NCBI GenBank assembly: GCA_963762255.1 | Contig: CAVXKA010000001.1 | Coordinates: 1,280,001 to 1,344,000 of the forward strand | Direction of reading: 5' to 3' | DNA length: 64,000 nt | Source: Candidatus Eiseniibacteriota bacterium | GTDB lineage: Bacteria; Eisenbacteria; RBG-16-71-46; JABDJR01 | Part shown: one piece after another, positions 1-9,220 of the stretch | Layout: the number at the start of each line of letters is the position of its first letter | Position numbering within the stretch: the first letter of the stretch is position 1 | Made by a program: the position numbers and the translations under genes | The notes under the pieces: model-generated | Seen by the model: the letters and a program-made list of their open reading frames with translations, nothing else | Database searches by the model: none | Told to the model about the DNA's origin: nothing

Positions 1-183
1 AGCCGCGTCGCACAACCGGACCTGCGGTTCATCCTGCTCACCGGATGGGGCGCCACCCTCGATCCCGAGGAGGTTCGGCGGCACGCCATCGATCGGACCC
101 TGAAGAAGCCCTTCGAGATGAACGATCTGCTACGCGCGGTGTCCGACGTCCTGCGGACGGTTGGGGAGAAGCGGGCCGCCTAG
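1..183 (+). CDS. C-terminal part of a receiver (REC) domain protein, truncated by the window edge
   Basis: Frame 1 reads SRVAQPDLRFILLTGWGATLDPEEVRRHAIDRTLKKPFEMNDLLRAVSDVLR...*. ILLTG and KPF are REC motifs. Not in the ORF track. Confidence 0.8.
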   Translation, partial: SRVAQPDLRFILLTGWGATLDPEEVRRHAIDRTLKKPFEMNDLLRAVSDVLRTVGEKRAA

Positions 184-926
184 TCGGCCTGGTTCTCGTC
201 GTCCACGAACTTGTAGCCGACCTTGTGGATGGTGCGGATGTAGCGGCTGCGGTCGCGGCTGCCCTCTATCTTCCGCCTCAGGTTCGCGATGTGGGTGTCC
301 ACGGTGCGGCTCGTGGGAAGCTCCTCGGACTCCCGCCCCCACACCTCGTCCAGGAGTTGCTCGCGGGTCACGGTCTCGCCCCGCCGCTCGATGAGCAGGC
401 GCAACACCTCGAACTCCTTGTAGGAAAGCGCGACTTCCTTGCCCTTCTTACGGCATTCTCGGCGGTGGAAACCGACCTCGACGTCGCCGAACCGGTAGGT
501 CTCGACGGCCTCGCGCTCAGGCTGTGAACGGCGAAGGACGGCGTGAATGCGGGCGAGAAGCTCGCGGATCGAGAAGGGCTTGGTCACGTAGTCGTCGGCG
601 CCGAGGTCGAATCCTCGAACCTTGTCCCCCTCCAGACCCTTGGCGGTGAGAAGGATCACCGGCAGTTCGCGGGTCTCCAGCCGGATGGCGCGGAGCACGT
701 CGAAGCCGCTCATCTCCGGCAGCATGATGTCGAGAAGGATGAGATCGGGGCGTTCCCGCCGCCAGGCATCGATGCCGGCGCGGCCGGTGGCGGCCGTTCG
801 GACGGTGAATCCCTCGTAGGTCAGATTGTGCTCCAGCCCCAACAGCATGTCCGGCTCGTCCTCGACGATGAGGATCTTCGCGGAGACCTGCGGGGCCGAG
901 GAATCGGGATTGCTCACGGCAGTCAC
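180..926 (-). CDS. OmpR/PhoB-family response regulator
   Basis: REC motifs (ILIVEDE, LLDIMLP, GADDYVTKPF) plus winged-helix C-terminus (RTVDTHIANLRRKIE, GYKF). Confidence 0.95.
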   Translation of the reverse strand: MTAVSNPDSSAPQVSAKILIVEDEPDMLLGLEHNLTYEGFTVRTAATGRAGIDAWRRERPDLILLDIMLPEMSGFDVLRAIRLETRELPVILLTAKGLEGDKVRGFDLGADDYVTKPFSIRELLARIHAVLRRSQPEREAVETYRFGDVEVGFHRRECRKKGKEVALSYKEFEVLRLLIERRGETVTREQLLDEVWGRESEELPTSRTVDTHIANLRRKIEGSRDRSRYIRTIHKVGYKFVDDENQAD

Positions 927-2569
927 CCTCCGGTTGGTGAGTCGCTCGCGCCGCGGCTCTCGGGCGCCTCCTCCAGGGGGAGGAAGATGGTGAATCGGCT
1001 GCCCTGCCCCGGGTGGCTGTCGACGACGATGTGGCCGCCGTGACCGTCCACGATGTGCTTCACCAGCGCGAGCCCCAGTCCTGACCCCTTCACATCGTGG
1101 ACGAGCCCCTTCTCCACCCGGTAGAACTTCTCGAAGATATTAGCCTGTTCCCTGGCCGGAATGCCCACGCCGTGATCCTCGACGACGATCAGGGCCTCGG
1201 TGCCCTTGCGCGCCAGCTCCACGTGGAGGTACTTCGTCGCCCCCGAGTACTTGATCGCGTTGTCCATGAGGTTGAGGATGGCCTGAGTCAGGGCCGCGCC
1301 GTCCGCTCTCACCGGGGGGAGATTCTCCTCGACGCGCGACTCCACCGTGAAGCCCTGCTGCTCGAGCTGGTACTGGTAGGCGGTCAGGGTCTCGCGAACG
1401 ATGGCCGCGAGATCGACCGGCTCCAACCGGTAGGACTTCTTCCCCTGTTCGATCCGGGAGAGATCGAGCACGTTGTTGATGAGGTGGGTGAGGCGATCGC
1501 TCTCCTTGTGGATGACGCGCAGGAACTCCTTCTGCTTCTCCGGCTCGGCCACTCTTCCCATTTCCAGCGTCTCGGAAAAGAGCCGGATGAGGGCGAGCGG
1601 GGTCTTGAGTTCGTGGGAGACGTTGCTCACGAACGTCGATTTGAGCTCGGAGAGCTCCATCTCGTGCAGGATGAAGCGCAGGGCGAAGAAGGCGGCGGTC
1701 AGGATGACCAGGAACGTCACCGCAATGATGGCGAGGTTGGCGGTCACCACGTTGCGCACCCAGGCGTCGAAACGGTCGTCGCTCAGCCGGATCGCCACCT
1801 CGTAGAACGGAAGGACGCGCGAGAACGCGCGGCGGGCGATGAAGCGCGAAGGCGCATCCGGTACCGTGCTGTAGAACGGCTCGCCTCGCTCGTCGAGGAG
1901 CGCGATCGCCACCGGCGAACGGAAGAACGCCCCGGGGAAGATGTCCGGGTTGGCTTCGAGCCGGTGAATGAGCACGCGATCCAGGAACGCGCGGTCCTGC
2001 TTCACGTAGTCCAGATCCCACACGAACCCGGCGGCGCCCAGGAGCTCGCCCGCGTTCGAGTGCACGGTGAAGTAGGTGATCTGGACGGGGACGAGCGAGT
2101 CGGGGGCGGAGATGTGAACAAGCGGACTCGGCATGCGGCCGGCGCCGGTGAGGTCCGTGACGATGGCGGACAGCGCCCATTCGGGCAGCGGCCCGAATCC
2201 CTCGTTGTGGCCCTCCGAATCCTGGGAGTAGAAGACGAGGCCGACCGGGCTCACGAAGAAGACCTGCCGGTAGATCCGGTTGCGCTTCTGGAAGTCGTCC
2301 AGGAACGAAACGACCTCGCCCGGGCTTTCCGGCGGATCGAGCCGCGCCGCCACCATGTTCACCTGTTCTCGTTCCCAGAAGGTGTTCTCGACCGCGGTGG
2401 CGGCGATGCGGGCGAGGTAGTTGCCGTAGTCGGAGCGCACCCCGCGCGTGATCTCGGTGAAGTCCATCACCAGCTTCACCCCGAGGAGGCTCAGGAGGAG
2501 CGCGGGGAGGATGAGCCCCACCGCCACCAGAACGAGCAGCGTGCGTTTGCCCGGCCGCTTCACCGCCAT
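923..2569 (-). CDS. Membrane sensor histidine kinase (HisKA + HATPase)
   Basis: Two TM segments, H-box SHELKTPL, N-box NLMDNAIKYS, G-boxes DHGVGI and GSGLGL. Overlaps the regulator by 4 bp. Confidence 0.95.
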   Translation of the reverse strand: MAVKRPGKRTLLVLVAVGLILPALLLSLLGVKLVMDFTEITRGVRSDYGNYLARIAATAVENTFWEREQVNMVAARLDPPESPGEVVSFLDDFQKRNRIYRQVFFVSPVGLVFYSQDSEGHNEGFGPLPEWALSAIVTDLTGAGRMPSPLVHISAPDSLVPVQITYFTVHSNAGELLGAAGFVWDLDYVKQDRAFLDRVLIHRLEANPDIFPGAFFRSPVAIALLDERGEPFYSTVPDAPSRFIARRAFSRVLPFYEVAIRLSDDRFDAWVRNVVTANLAIIAVTFLVILTAAFFALRFILHEMELSELKSTFVSNVSHELKTPLALIRLFSETLEMGRVAEPEKQKEFLRVIHKESDRLTHLINNVLDLSRIEQGKKSYRLEPVDLAAIVRETLTAYQYQLEQQGFTVESRVEENLPPVRADGAALTQAILNLMDNAIKYSGATKYLHVELARKGTEALIVVEDHGVGIPAREQANIFEKFYRVEKGLVHDVKGSGLGLALVKHIVDGHGGHIVVDSHPGQGSRFTIFLPLEEAPESRGASDSPTGG

Positions 2570-2593
2570 CGCTTGACGTTTCCTCCGTCCGGA

Positions 2594-3142
2594 TCAGAAG
2601 CGGACGAGCAGATTATCGCGAACCGCATCGGACGCTTCCTTCTTGAGCCGGTCCACCGGAATCTTGCCGGTGGAGGTGAGGATGGCGAAGACTCCCTGGA
2701 CGCCGGTGGAGATTTCGAGATGCACCGCTCCGCTTCCCTGCATGGCATGCCCGCAACCCTGGCCGAGGTGCTGGCGCAGGTCGCGGTCCGTGCGGAGCGC
2801 CGCCTCCAGCTCCCGGCGTTCGTAGGCGAATCGAATGAGCTGCTCGATGACCGCGGGGTTGTCAGAAAAGTAGTAGTAGATGACGCCGTTCTCGAGCGCG
2901 CCGACTTCCTGGCGCGCTTGCAGGAAGATGGAGCCGTCGATTTCCCAGAGATCGCACACCGGGCAGCCGGGCACGTACGGCTTGAGGCCGTGGCGGGCGT
3001 CGGGCTGCGCGAGGACGGGCGCGCCGGGCCGGACGGCGGGGACCGCGGGCCGGTCCTGACCCGGGGCGGTGGGGGAGAGCGCGAGGATGCCCACCAAGAC
3101 CGGCAACCAGACCTGGACGCGGCCTCTCCTCGGCATGAACAT
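2594..3142 (-). CDS. Hypothetical exported protein with CPVC motif
   Basis: N-terminal hydrophobic signal-like segment, CPVC and CGH motifs, co-oriented directly upstream of the kinase. Confidence 0.65.
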   Translation of the reverse strand: MFMPRRGRVQVWLPVLVGILALSPTAPGQDRPAVPAVRPGAPVLAQPDARHGLKPYVPGCPVCDLWEIDGSIFLQARQEVGALENGVIYYYFSDNPAVIEQLIRFAYERRELEAALRTDRDLRQHLGQGCGHAMQGSGAVHLEISTGVQGVFAILTSTGKIPVDRLKKEASDAVRDNLLVRF

Positions 3143-3299
3143 GCTGAGCCTGACCTCCCCTCGGAGAGCGCGGCTTCCGCACCTCCGCTGTTCGGTCCAT
3201 AATGGTACGCGCTTCGGGCGGTCCTGGCGCGGGGACTAACATTTCGCGCTGGCGCGCCGAAGTCAATACCTTGCAGGATGCTCACGGGGAGATCAGTGG

Positions 3300-5093
3300 A
3301 TGTACGAAGCCCATTTCGGGTTGCGGGAGAATCCGTTCAGTTCCAGCCCGTCGCCTGAGTTTATCTACCAGAGCGGGGAGCACCGCGAGGCGCTGGCGCA
3401 CTTCCAGTACGCCATCACCAACCGTGAGCCCTTCGTCCTGCTCACCGGCGAGGTGGGGACCGGCAAGACCACGGCGATCCATGCTCTGCGCCGGCTGCTT
3501 CCGACGGGAGCCGCGGTGGCGCTCGTCGCGCATACGACCCTGGAGCCGCGGGAGCTGATCGAGGAGATCGCGTTACGGTTCGGGCTCGATCCTCAGCCCG
3601 GCGAGAGCAAGCCCGCTCTCATGCACCGTCTCGAAGCGTTCCTCGAGGAGCGCGGCCGCGCCGGCGTCCAGGCGCTCCTCGTCTTCGACGAAGCCCACCT
3701 GATGTCGGTGGCCCTTCTCGAGGAAGTGCGGCTCCTCTCCAATCTCGAGGGCCCTCGAGGGGGAAAGCTGCTCCAGATCTGCCTGGTCGGACAGCCGGAG
3801 TTGGAGCGGCACCTCCAGAGCCCCGACCTCCGCCAGTTGCGGCAGCGTATCAGCGTGCGGTACTCGCTTCACCCGCTGAACCGCCCCGACACGGGGGCCT
3901 ACATCCATCACCGGCTGCGTGCGGCGGGTTGCGCGCAACCCGAGGCCGTGTTTCCGGACGACGCGGTCGGCGCGGTGCACAGCCTCAGCCAGGGAATCCC
4001 GCGCGAGATCAACGTACTCGCCGGGCAGGCGCTGCTCAACGCGTTTCTCGAGGACGCGCACTCCGTGGCGCGCGCGCATGTCTACTCCGCGAAATCGGAC
4101 TACGGATTCCAGGGCATCGTGACCGGAGCCGCCGCGTTGAGTCCGGAGATGCCGGCGCCACCGGTGCCTCGGCGGGTGCCCGGCGGGGAGACAACGGCGC
4201 CGCCGAGCGCGCCGCTTCCGCCCCGCAGGCCGATACCGCTTCCTCCGACTTCTTTGCGCCCCCCGGCTCGGGAGCACCGTCCGTCCGCGCCGGTCACCGC
4301 GGAACCCTCCGCCCCGAGGCCCGCGCGAGTCACTGTCCCGGCGTCGGACCGGTCCCGCATCTCCTTCTCCGCCGACCGAACCGGCGGCGGGCATCGCCGC
4401 GCGTGGATTCTCTCCGCCGCGTTCGTCGCCATCATCGTGATGGGAGTCGCCTTCGTCCTCCGCAGCCGCACCCCTGTGACCGACGACATGACCCTCGACT
4501 CCACCGCGCCCCTCAGTTCGACGGGAGGGATGGTCCGCAACGAGCCGACCCCCTCTGGCGGTGCGACCCCGGGCGAACCGACCCCCTCTGGCGGTGCGAC
4601 CCCGGGCGATGCGACGAATGCGAGCTCACCTGCGAATCAGGAGTCCACGGCCGCCGGGATCGCCAACCCGCCGGCGGATCCGATCGCCGAACCGGCGTCG
4701 ACTCCGGCTACAAATCCCTCGACGATCCCGGCAACCGACTCGGGGTCGCCTCCTCCGGTGGCGGCCACCGCGGGGCCGACGGCCGTCGCCCCGCCTCCCG
4801 CGGAAGGCATGTCGGAGCGCGTGTCCATCCAGGTGGCTTCCTTCAAGACGCGTCGCCGCGCCGAGGAAGTGCTCGCCGCGGTGACCGCGCGAACCGGCCT
4901 CCCGGGCGCGGTGCTCGCGACCGATGTGAACGGGGTGGTGTGGCAGCGCATCCTGCTAGGATCCTTTCTGAACGAAGCCGAGGCCAGGGAGGCGGCCGAG
5001 CCGCTCCTTCGGGACCGCACCATCTCCACGGTGGTCGTGCGCCCGATCCCGATCGCCTGGGCGACCCGGCTCTCCGGGGCGACGGAACCGTAA
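3300..5093 (+). CDS. ExeA/GspA-like AAA ATPase with Pro-rich linker, TM helix and C-terminal SPOR domain
   Basis: MYEAHFGLRENPF start, Walker A GEVGTGKTT, Walker B LVFDEAH, LVGQPEL, QLRQRI, GIPREIN. SPOR-like IQVASF...WQRILLGSF. Confidence 0.9.
   Translation: MYEAHFGLRENPFSSSPSPEFIYQSGEHREALAHFQYAITNREPFVLLTGEVGTGKTTAIHALRRLLPTGAAVALVAHTTLEPRELIEEIALRFGLDPQPGESKPALMHRLEAFLEERGRAGVQALLVFDEAHLMSVALLEEVRLLSNLEGPRGGKLLQICLVGQPELERHLQSPDLRQLRQRISVRYSLHPLNRPDTGAYIHHRLRAAGCAQPEAVFPDDAVGAVHSLSQGIPREINVLAGQALLNAFLEDAHSVARAHVYSAKSDYGFQGIVTGAAALSPEMPAPPVPRRVPGGETTAPPSAPLPPRRPIPLPPTSLRPPAREHRPSAPVTAEPSAPRPARVTVPASDRSRISFSADRTGGGHRRAWILSAAFVAIIVMGVAFVLRSRTPVTDDMTLDSTAPLSSTGGMVRNEPTPSGGATPGEPTPSGGATPGDATNASSPANQESTAAGIANPPADPIAEPASTPATNPSTIPATDSGSPPPVAATAGPTAVAPPPAEGMSERVSIQVASFKTRRRAEEVLAAVTARTGLPGAVLATDVNGVVWQRILLGSFLNEAEAREAAEPLLRDRTISTVVVRPIPIAWATRLSGATEP
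4541..4606 (+). repeat. 33-bp in-frame tandem duplication (EPTPSGGATPG x2)
   Basis: cgagccgaccccctctggcggtgcgaccccggg followed by cgaaccgaccccctctggcggtgcgaccccggg (one mismatch). Confidence 0.9.
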
Positions 5094-5147
5094 TCGCACG
5101 GCCCCGGCCGGGGCCCGCGTTGACAGTCCCGCATCGAGGGGTTTCTA

Positions 5148-6269
5148 ATGCTGCGTCTCATGACGAGTCTCTGCCATTCGCGGCCTTTTCTGGCCGTCAT
5201 CCTCGCCTCGGCCGCCGCGGGACTTCTGGCTCTCGGATGCGGTCGGCAGGGGGGGGATTCCAAGGTCAAGGTCGCTCAGGAAACCCCCTCCTACCCGGAC
5301 ACGCTCCGGGTGCCGGGTGAGGGGCACCTGCGGAACATCCGCCAGCTCACTTTCGGCGGGGAAAACGCCGAGGCGTACTTCTCCCCGAATGGACAGGAGC
5401 TGGTCTTGCAGCGAACCCACCCGCCCTACGAATGCGACCAGATCTTTCGGTTGTCGGTGGACGGAGGGGAACCGGTCCTGGTGAGCAACGGTCGGGGGCG
5501 GACGACCTGCTCCTATTTCATGCCGGACGGCGCGTCGATCCTCTACGCCTCAACGTTCGTCGGCTCGCCCGATTGCCCGCCCCGCCCGGATTACAGCCAG
5601 GGCTATGTCTGGGCGATCTACCCTGATTTCGACATCTTCGTGCGGACCGCCGGCGACAGCCTGATCCGGCTCACCGACACCCCGGGTTACGACGCGGAGG
5701 CGACAGTCAGCCCGCGCGGCGACCGCATCGTCTTCACCTCGATGCGCGGCGGGGATCTCGACATCTACACGATGAACCTGGACGGGAGCGGGGTGAAGCG
5801 GCTGACGCAGAAGTTGGGGTACGACGGGGGTCCGTTCTTCTCGCCGGACGGAAGCGAGATCGTCTACCGGGCCGCCTATCCCCAGACCGAGGAGGACAAG
5901 GCCGACTACACGCGGTTGCTCGGCCAGAACCTGATCCGGCCGAGCCGGCTCAGCCTCTACGTGATGAAGTCGGACGGTTCCGATCCCCAACTCGTGCTCG
6001 AGAACGACGCGGCGAACTTCGCGCCGTACTTCTTCCCCGACGGGTGCCGCATCATCTTCAGCTCCAACATGGACGACCCCAAGGGGCGCAACTTCGATCT
6101 CTACATGATCAACAAGGACGGCAGCGAGCTGGAGCGGATCACCTTCAATGAGTCGTTCGACGGGTTTCCCATGTTCTCGCCCGACGGCCGCCGGCTCGTG
6201 TTTGCCTCCAACCGGAACAACGTGAACCCCGAGGACACCAACATCTTCATCGCCGATTGGGTGGAATAG
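5148..6269 (+). CDS. TolB-like PD40 beta-propeller lipoprotein
   Basis: Lipobox LALGC. Repeated FSPNG/VSPRG/FSPDG/FFPDG PD40 units, ENAEAYFS and GYDAEAT. The true start may be ATG 5160. Confidence 0.85.
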   Translation: MLRLMTSLCHSRPFLAVILASAAAGLLALGCGRQGGDSKVKVAQETPSYPDTLRVPGEGHLRNIRQLTFGGENAEAYFSPNGQELVLQRTHPPYECDQIFRLSVDGGEPVLVSNGRGRTTCSYFMPDGASILYASTFVGSPDCPPRPDYSQGYVWAIYPDFDIFVRTAGDSLIRLTDTPGYDAEATVSPRGDRIVFTSMRGGDLDIYTMNLDGSGVKRLTQKLGYDGGPFFSPDGSEIVYRAAYPQTEEDKADYTRLLGQNLIRPSRLSLYVMKSDGSDPQLVLENDAANFAPYFFPDGCRIIFSSNMDDPKGRNFDLYMINKDGSELERITFNESFDGFPMFSPDGRRLVFASNRNNVNPEDTNIFIADWVE

Positions 6270-6287
6270 ACACAGAAAGGATCTGTC

Positions 6288-6926
6288 ATGAAATCGTGGA
6301 AACTGTTGCTTGTGACGCTTGCCGCGCTGTCGTTGATCGTGGTTGCCCTGGGCTGCGGCGGGCGGAAACTCCCCGAGGCCAAGCAGGATGAGGCCAAGAG
6401 CCTTCCCGATGGCCATCCCCCCGTCGACGGCTCGGGCGGGGCGCCGATGATGGGATCGCTGGGTTCGGACGGGCCCACCGACGACAACCCGCTGCCCCTC
6501 AAGCTCACCGGCATCAACGGCGTGGAAGAGCTCAAGAAGGGCAATGCGTACCCGAAGAACGAAGAGGCGCGCAAACTCTACGAGGAGGGGTATCGCAAGA
6601 CCTTCACCGCCGACCCCGCGAAACGCGACTACGTGGGTGCGGAGGCGGATCTCAAGAAGGCGATCGAGCTGGAGCCCGGGTACGCCCACGCCTATCGCGC
6701 GCTCGGGTACGCGCAGTTCAACATGGGGTTCAACGTGCAGGCCGCTCTCGACAACTACATGAAAGCGGTCGAGATCGATCCGAACTACGGGGAGGCCCAC
6801 TACGCGCTCGCGTTCATGTACGCGATGAACGACCTGCCGAAGGGCGCCGAGCACTTCAAGAAGGCGATGGAACTGGGCGTGCAGGACGAGCGGAACCTGG
6901 GCGAGCGGTTCTACAAGACGAAGTAG
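6288..6926 (+). CDS. TPR-repeat lipoprotein
   Basis: Lipobox VALGC. TPR consensus (KAIELEPGYAHAYRALG, KAVEIDPNYGEAHYALA). LPDGHPPV motif. Confidence 0.85.
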   Translation: MKSWKLLLVTLAALSLIVVALGCGGRKLPEAKQDEAKSLPDGHPPVDGSGGAPMMGSLGSDGPTDDNPLPLKLTGINGVEELKKGNAYPKNEEARKLYEEGYRKTFTADPAKRDYVGAEADLKKAIELEPGYAHAYRALGYAQFNMGFNVQAALDNYMKAVEIDPNYGEAHYALAFMYAMNDLPKGAEHFKKAMELGVQDERNLGERFYKTK

Positions 6927-6958
6927 GCACGCCTTCGCGCATCGAAAAGGGAGGCGCG

Positions 6959-7198
6959 GTGAAGCTCAAGTTGATCTACTGTTCCGCCTGAAACTACGAA
7001 CCCAAGGCCGTCAGTTTGGCGGCCGACCTGCTGCCCCATTTCAAAACAGACATCGAAGAGCTGACCCTGGTCCCCTCGGACGGGGGACGGTTCGAGATCT
7101 TCGTCGACGGCGACCAGATCTACTCGAAGCTGGAGACGGGGCGGTTCCCGGAGAGCCGGGAGATCGTCAAAGCCATTAAAGAGCGGGCCGACGCATAG
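6959..7198 (+). CDS. Rdx-family (SelW/SelT/SelH-like) selenoprotein with CxxU motif
   Basis: GGGAGG RBS, then GTG 6959: MKLKLIYCSA-(TGA 6989-6991)-NYEPKAVSLAADLL...LVPSDGGRFEIFVDGDQIYSKLETGRFPE. This is the Rdx pattern read through an in-frame TGA. Confidence 0.9.
7006..7024 (+). promoter_or_regulatory. Putative bacterial SECIS hairpin
   Basis: GGCCGTCA-GTT-TGGCGGCC: 8-bp stem with one G-U pair and a G-containing loop, starting 14 nt after the in-frame TGA. Confidence 0.7.
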
Positions 7199-7208
7199 GA
7201 GGAGAAGG

Positions 7209-7814
7209 ATGCAAGGATCGTTGCGGGTTCTCTTGGGGATGCTGGTCGTGGCGCTGTTTGTGGGCGGTTGCGCCGGCAAGACGGTGACCCGGGTCGACTC
7301 GGACACCACCATCGATCTTTCCGGACGTTGGAACGACACGGACTCCCGGCTGGTGGCCGAGGAGATGATCCAGAGCGCGATGAACGAGAACTGGTACACC
7401 GACTGGATGCAGGGCCACGGCAACAAGCCGACCGTCATCGTGGGCACGGTGCGCAACCAGACCACCGAGCACATCGCCACCGCCACCTTCATCGGCGACA
7501 TCGAGCGCGCCTTCGTGAACTCGGGTCGGGTCCGGGTGGTCGCGACCGCTCAGGAGCGCGGGGAAATCCGCGACGAGCGCGCCGATCAGGGCAAGTACGC
7601 CTCGGACGAGACCATCAAGCAGTTCGGCCGGGAGCAGGGCGCGGATTTCATGCTGATCGGGAACCTCTCCGCCATCAACGACAGCGAGGATGGCAACGAA
7701 GTGCGCTTCTATCAGACTGACCTCACCCTCGTGAACATCGAGACCAACGAGAAGACCTGGATGGGGCAGAAGAAGATCAAGAAGTACGTCGGTCGCGGGA
7801 AGTACAAGCCCTGA
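7209..7814 (+). CDS. lpoB: Penicillin-binding protein activator LpoB-family lipoprotein
   Basis: Lipobox VGGC. DLSGRWNDTDSRLVAEEMI, VRNQTTEHI, GADFMLIG, YQTDLTLVNIETNEK. Confidence 0.8.
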   Translation: MQGSLRVLLGMLVVALFVGGCAGKTVTRVDSDTTIDLSGRWNDTDSRLVAEEMIQSAMNENWYTDWMQGHGNKPTVIVGTVRNQTTEHIATATFIGDIERAFVNSGRVRVVATAQERGEIRDERADQGKYASDETIKQFGREQGADFMLIGNLSAINDSEDGNEVRFYQTDLTLVNIETNEKTWMGQKKIKKYVGRGKYKP

Positions 7815-7831
7815 CGCCGGGGCGACCCATC

Positions 7832-9193
7832 ATGCGCGCGCGTTGCGCGTCCGCGCTGGCCATGGTCCTCCTTGCGACCGGCTGCGCGGGCGGCAAGCTC
7901 AACACCGGTCTCTTTCAGGCGGACGTCGCCGCGGGGCGCTACGAGGCCGCCATGAAGCAGCTCGAGTCCGCGAAGAAGGACGACGTCAGCGTCCTCCTCG
8001 ACCGCGGGCTCGTGCTGCAATCGCTTGGCCGCTACGACGAATCCAACGAGGCATTCGCCCGTGCCGAAGCGCTGATCGCGGATCTCTACACCCGCAGCGT
8101 CAGCAAGGAAGCGCTCTCGCTCCTGACCAACGATCTCGCCGTGGACTACCGTGCCGCGGGATACGAACACGCCTACATCGCCTACTACCGGGCGTGGAAC
8201 TACCTCCAGTTGGGCAAGGAGAGCGACGTCCTCGTCGAGGCGCGCGCCATCAACGAGCGCCTCAACTTCCGAGCGGACTCGTGTCCTGATCGCAACGGCG
8301 CCTGCGGCCACGACGTCTTCCTGCGCTACTTCAGCGGGCTTCTCTTCGAGTGGGGAGGCGAGGTCAACGACGCGTACGTGGCCTACAAGCAGGCCGATCT
8401 CGCCCGCGGCACGCTCGAGGCGTCCTACGGCACCCCGCCGCCGCCCGACCTGGGCGAGCGGCTCGTGCGGCTCGGCCTGCGCATGGGCTTCGACGAGGAA
8501 GCGCGCACCTTCGCCGCGTCCTACGATATCGACATGGATGCGGTGCGTCGAACTCCCGGCTCTTCCGTGGTCGTGCTCTTCGAAAACGGAATGATCTCCC
8601 GCCGCGAAGAGACCTCGCTCACCATCCCTATCTTCAAGGGGGAACGGGATCAGATCCGTCGCGACCGCGACACCTGGGCGCGTACCCTCTCAGCCCGCTC
8701 CCACGAGTCGTACTCGGCGGGCGAGTTCGAGTACCTCCTGCACGTCGCGATGCCCAAGCTGGAGGACCGCCCCCCCATCGGGGCGCAGGCCGAGTTCTCG
8801 CTCGGAACGGAGGAGTCGCGCACGCAGGTTGCGGCGCCGCTCGCCGCCATGGCGGGCACCGCGTTCGAGGACGCCATGGGGGGGATCCTGGTCCGCGCCG
8901 TCGCCCGGGCCCTCGTCAAGTACCTGGCTTCCGAGGCGGCCGAGGACAAGAGCGAAGTGGCCGGGTTCCTGGTGAACATCCTCGGCGCGGTCACCGAAAG
9001 CGCGGACACCCGCTCCTGGCGGTCGCTCCCGCACGATATTCAGGTGGCGAGCCTGGCCGTGGAGCCCGGCGGCTACGCTGGAACGCTTACCGTGCGGGGG
9101 GCCGACGGTCGGACGCTCTCCCAGCAGACCTTCCCCGACATCCGGGTTCCCAAAGGAGGGATTGCCCTCGTTCGGTTCCGTTCGGGGTTGTAG
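7832..9193 (+). CDS. TPR-containing lipoprotein (COG3014-like, commonly adjacent to lpoB)
   Basis: Lipobox LATGC. YDESNEAF, TRSVSKEALSLLTND and C-terminal ADTRSWRSLP. Confidence 0.75.
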   Translation: MRARCASALAMVLLATGCAGGKLNTGLFQADVAAGRYEAAMKQLESAKKDDVSVLLDRGLVLQSLGRYDESNEAFARAEALIADLYTRSVSKEALSLLTNDLAVDYRAAGYEHAYIAYYRAWNYLQLGKESDVLVEARAINERLNFRADSCPDRNGACGHDVFLRYFSGLLFEWGGEVNDAYVAYKQADLARGTLEASYGTPPPPDLGERLVRLGLRMGFDEEARTFAASYDIDMDAVRRTPGSSVVVLFENGMISRREETSLTIPIFKGERDQIRRDRDTWARTLSARSHESYSAGEFEYLLHVAMPKLEDRPPIGAQAEFSLGTEESRTQVAAPLAAMAGTAFEDAMGGILVRAVARALVKYLASEAAEDKSEVAGFLVNILGAVTESADTRSWRSLPHDIQVASLAVEPGGYAGTLTVRGADGRTLSQQTFPDIRVPKGGIALVRFRSGL

Positions 9194-9220
9194 TGACCGG
9201 TCGGTGACGGACGAGTCGCG

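Noticed and set aside
1097-3202. Long antisense and alternative-frame ORFs (for example 1097-3202 +, 13438-15090 +, 51917-54073 -, 59223-60809 -)
   Set aside because: They are shadows of well-supported genes in high-GC DNA and carry no recognisable motifs.
5120-5149. TTGACA-18-TCTAAT promoter candidate
   Set aside because: Plausible, but the -10 box is weak and overlaps the tracked start codon; not supportable without TSS data.
7016-7198. 60-aa ORF in the track as a complete gene or pseudogene
   Set aside because: It is the 3' part of the UGA-readthrough Rdx gene starting at 6959.
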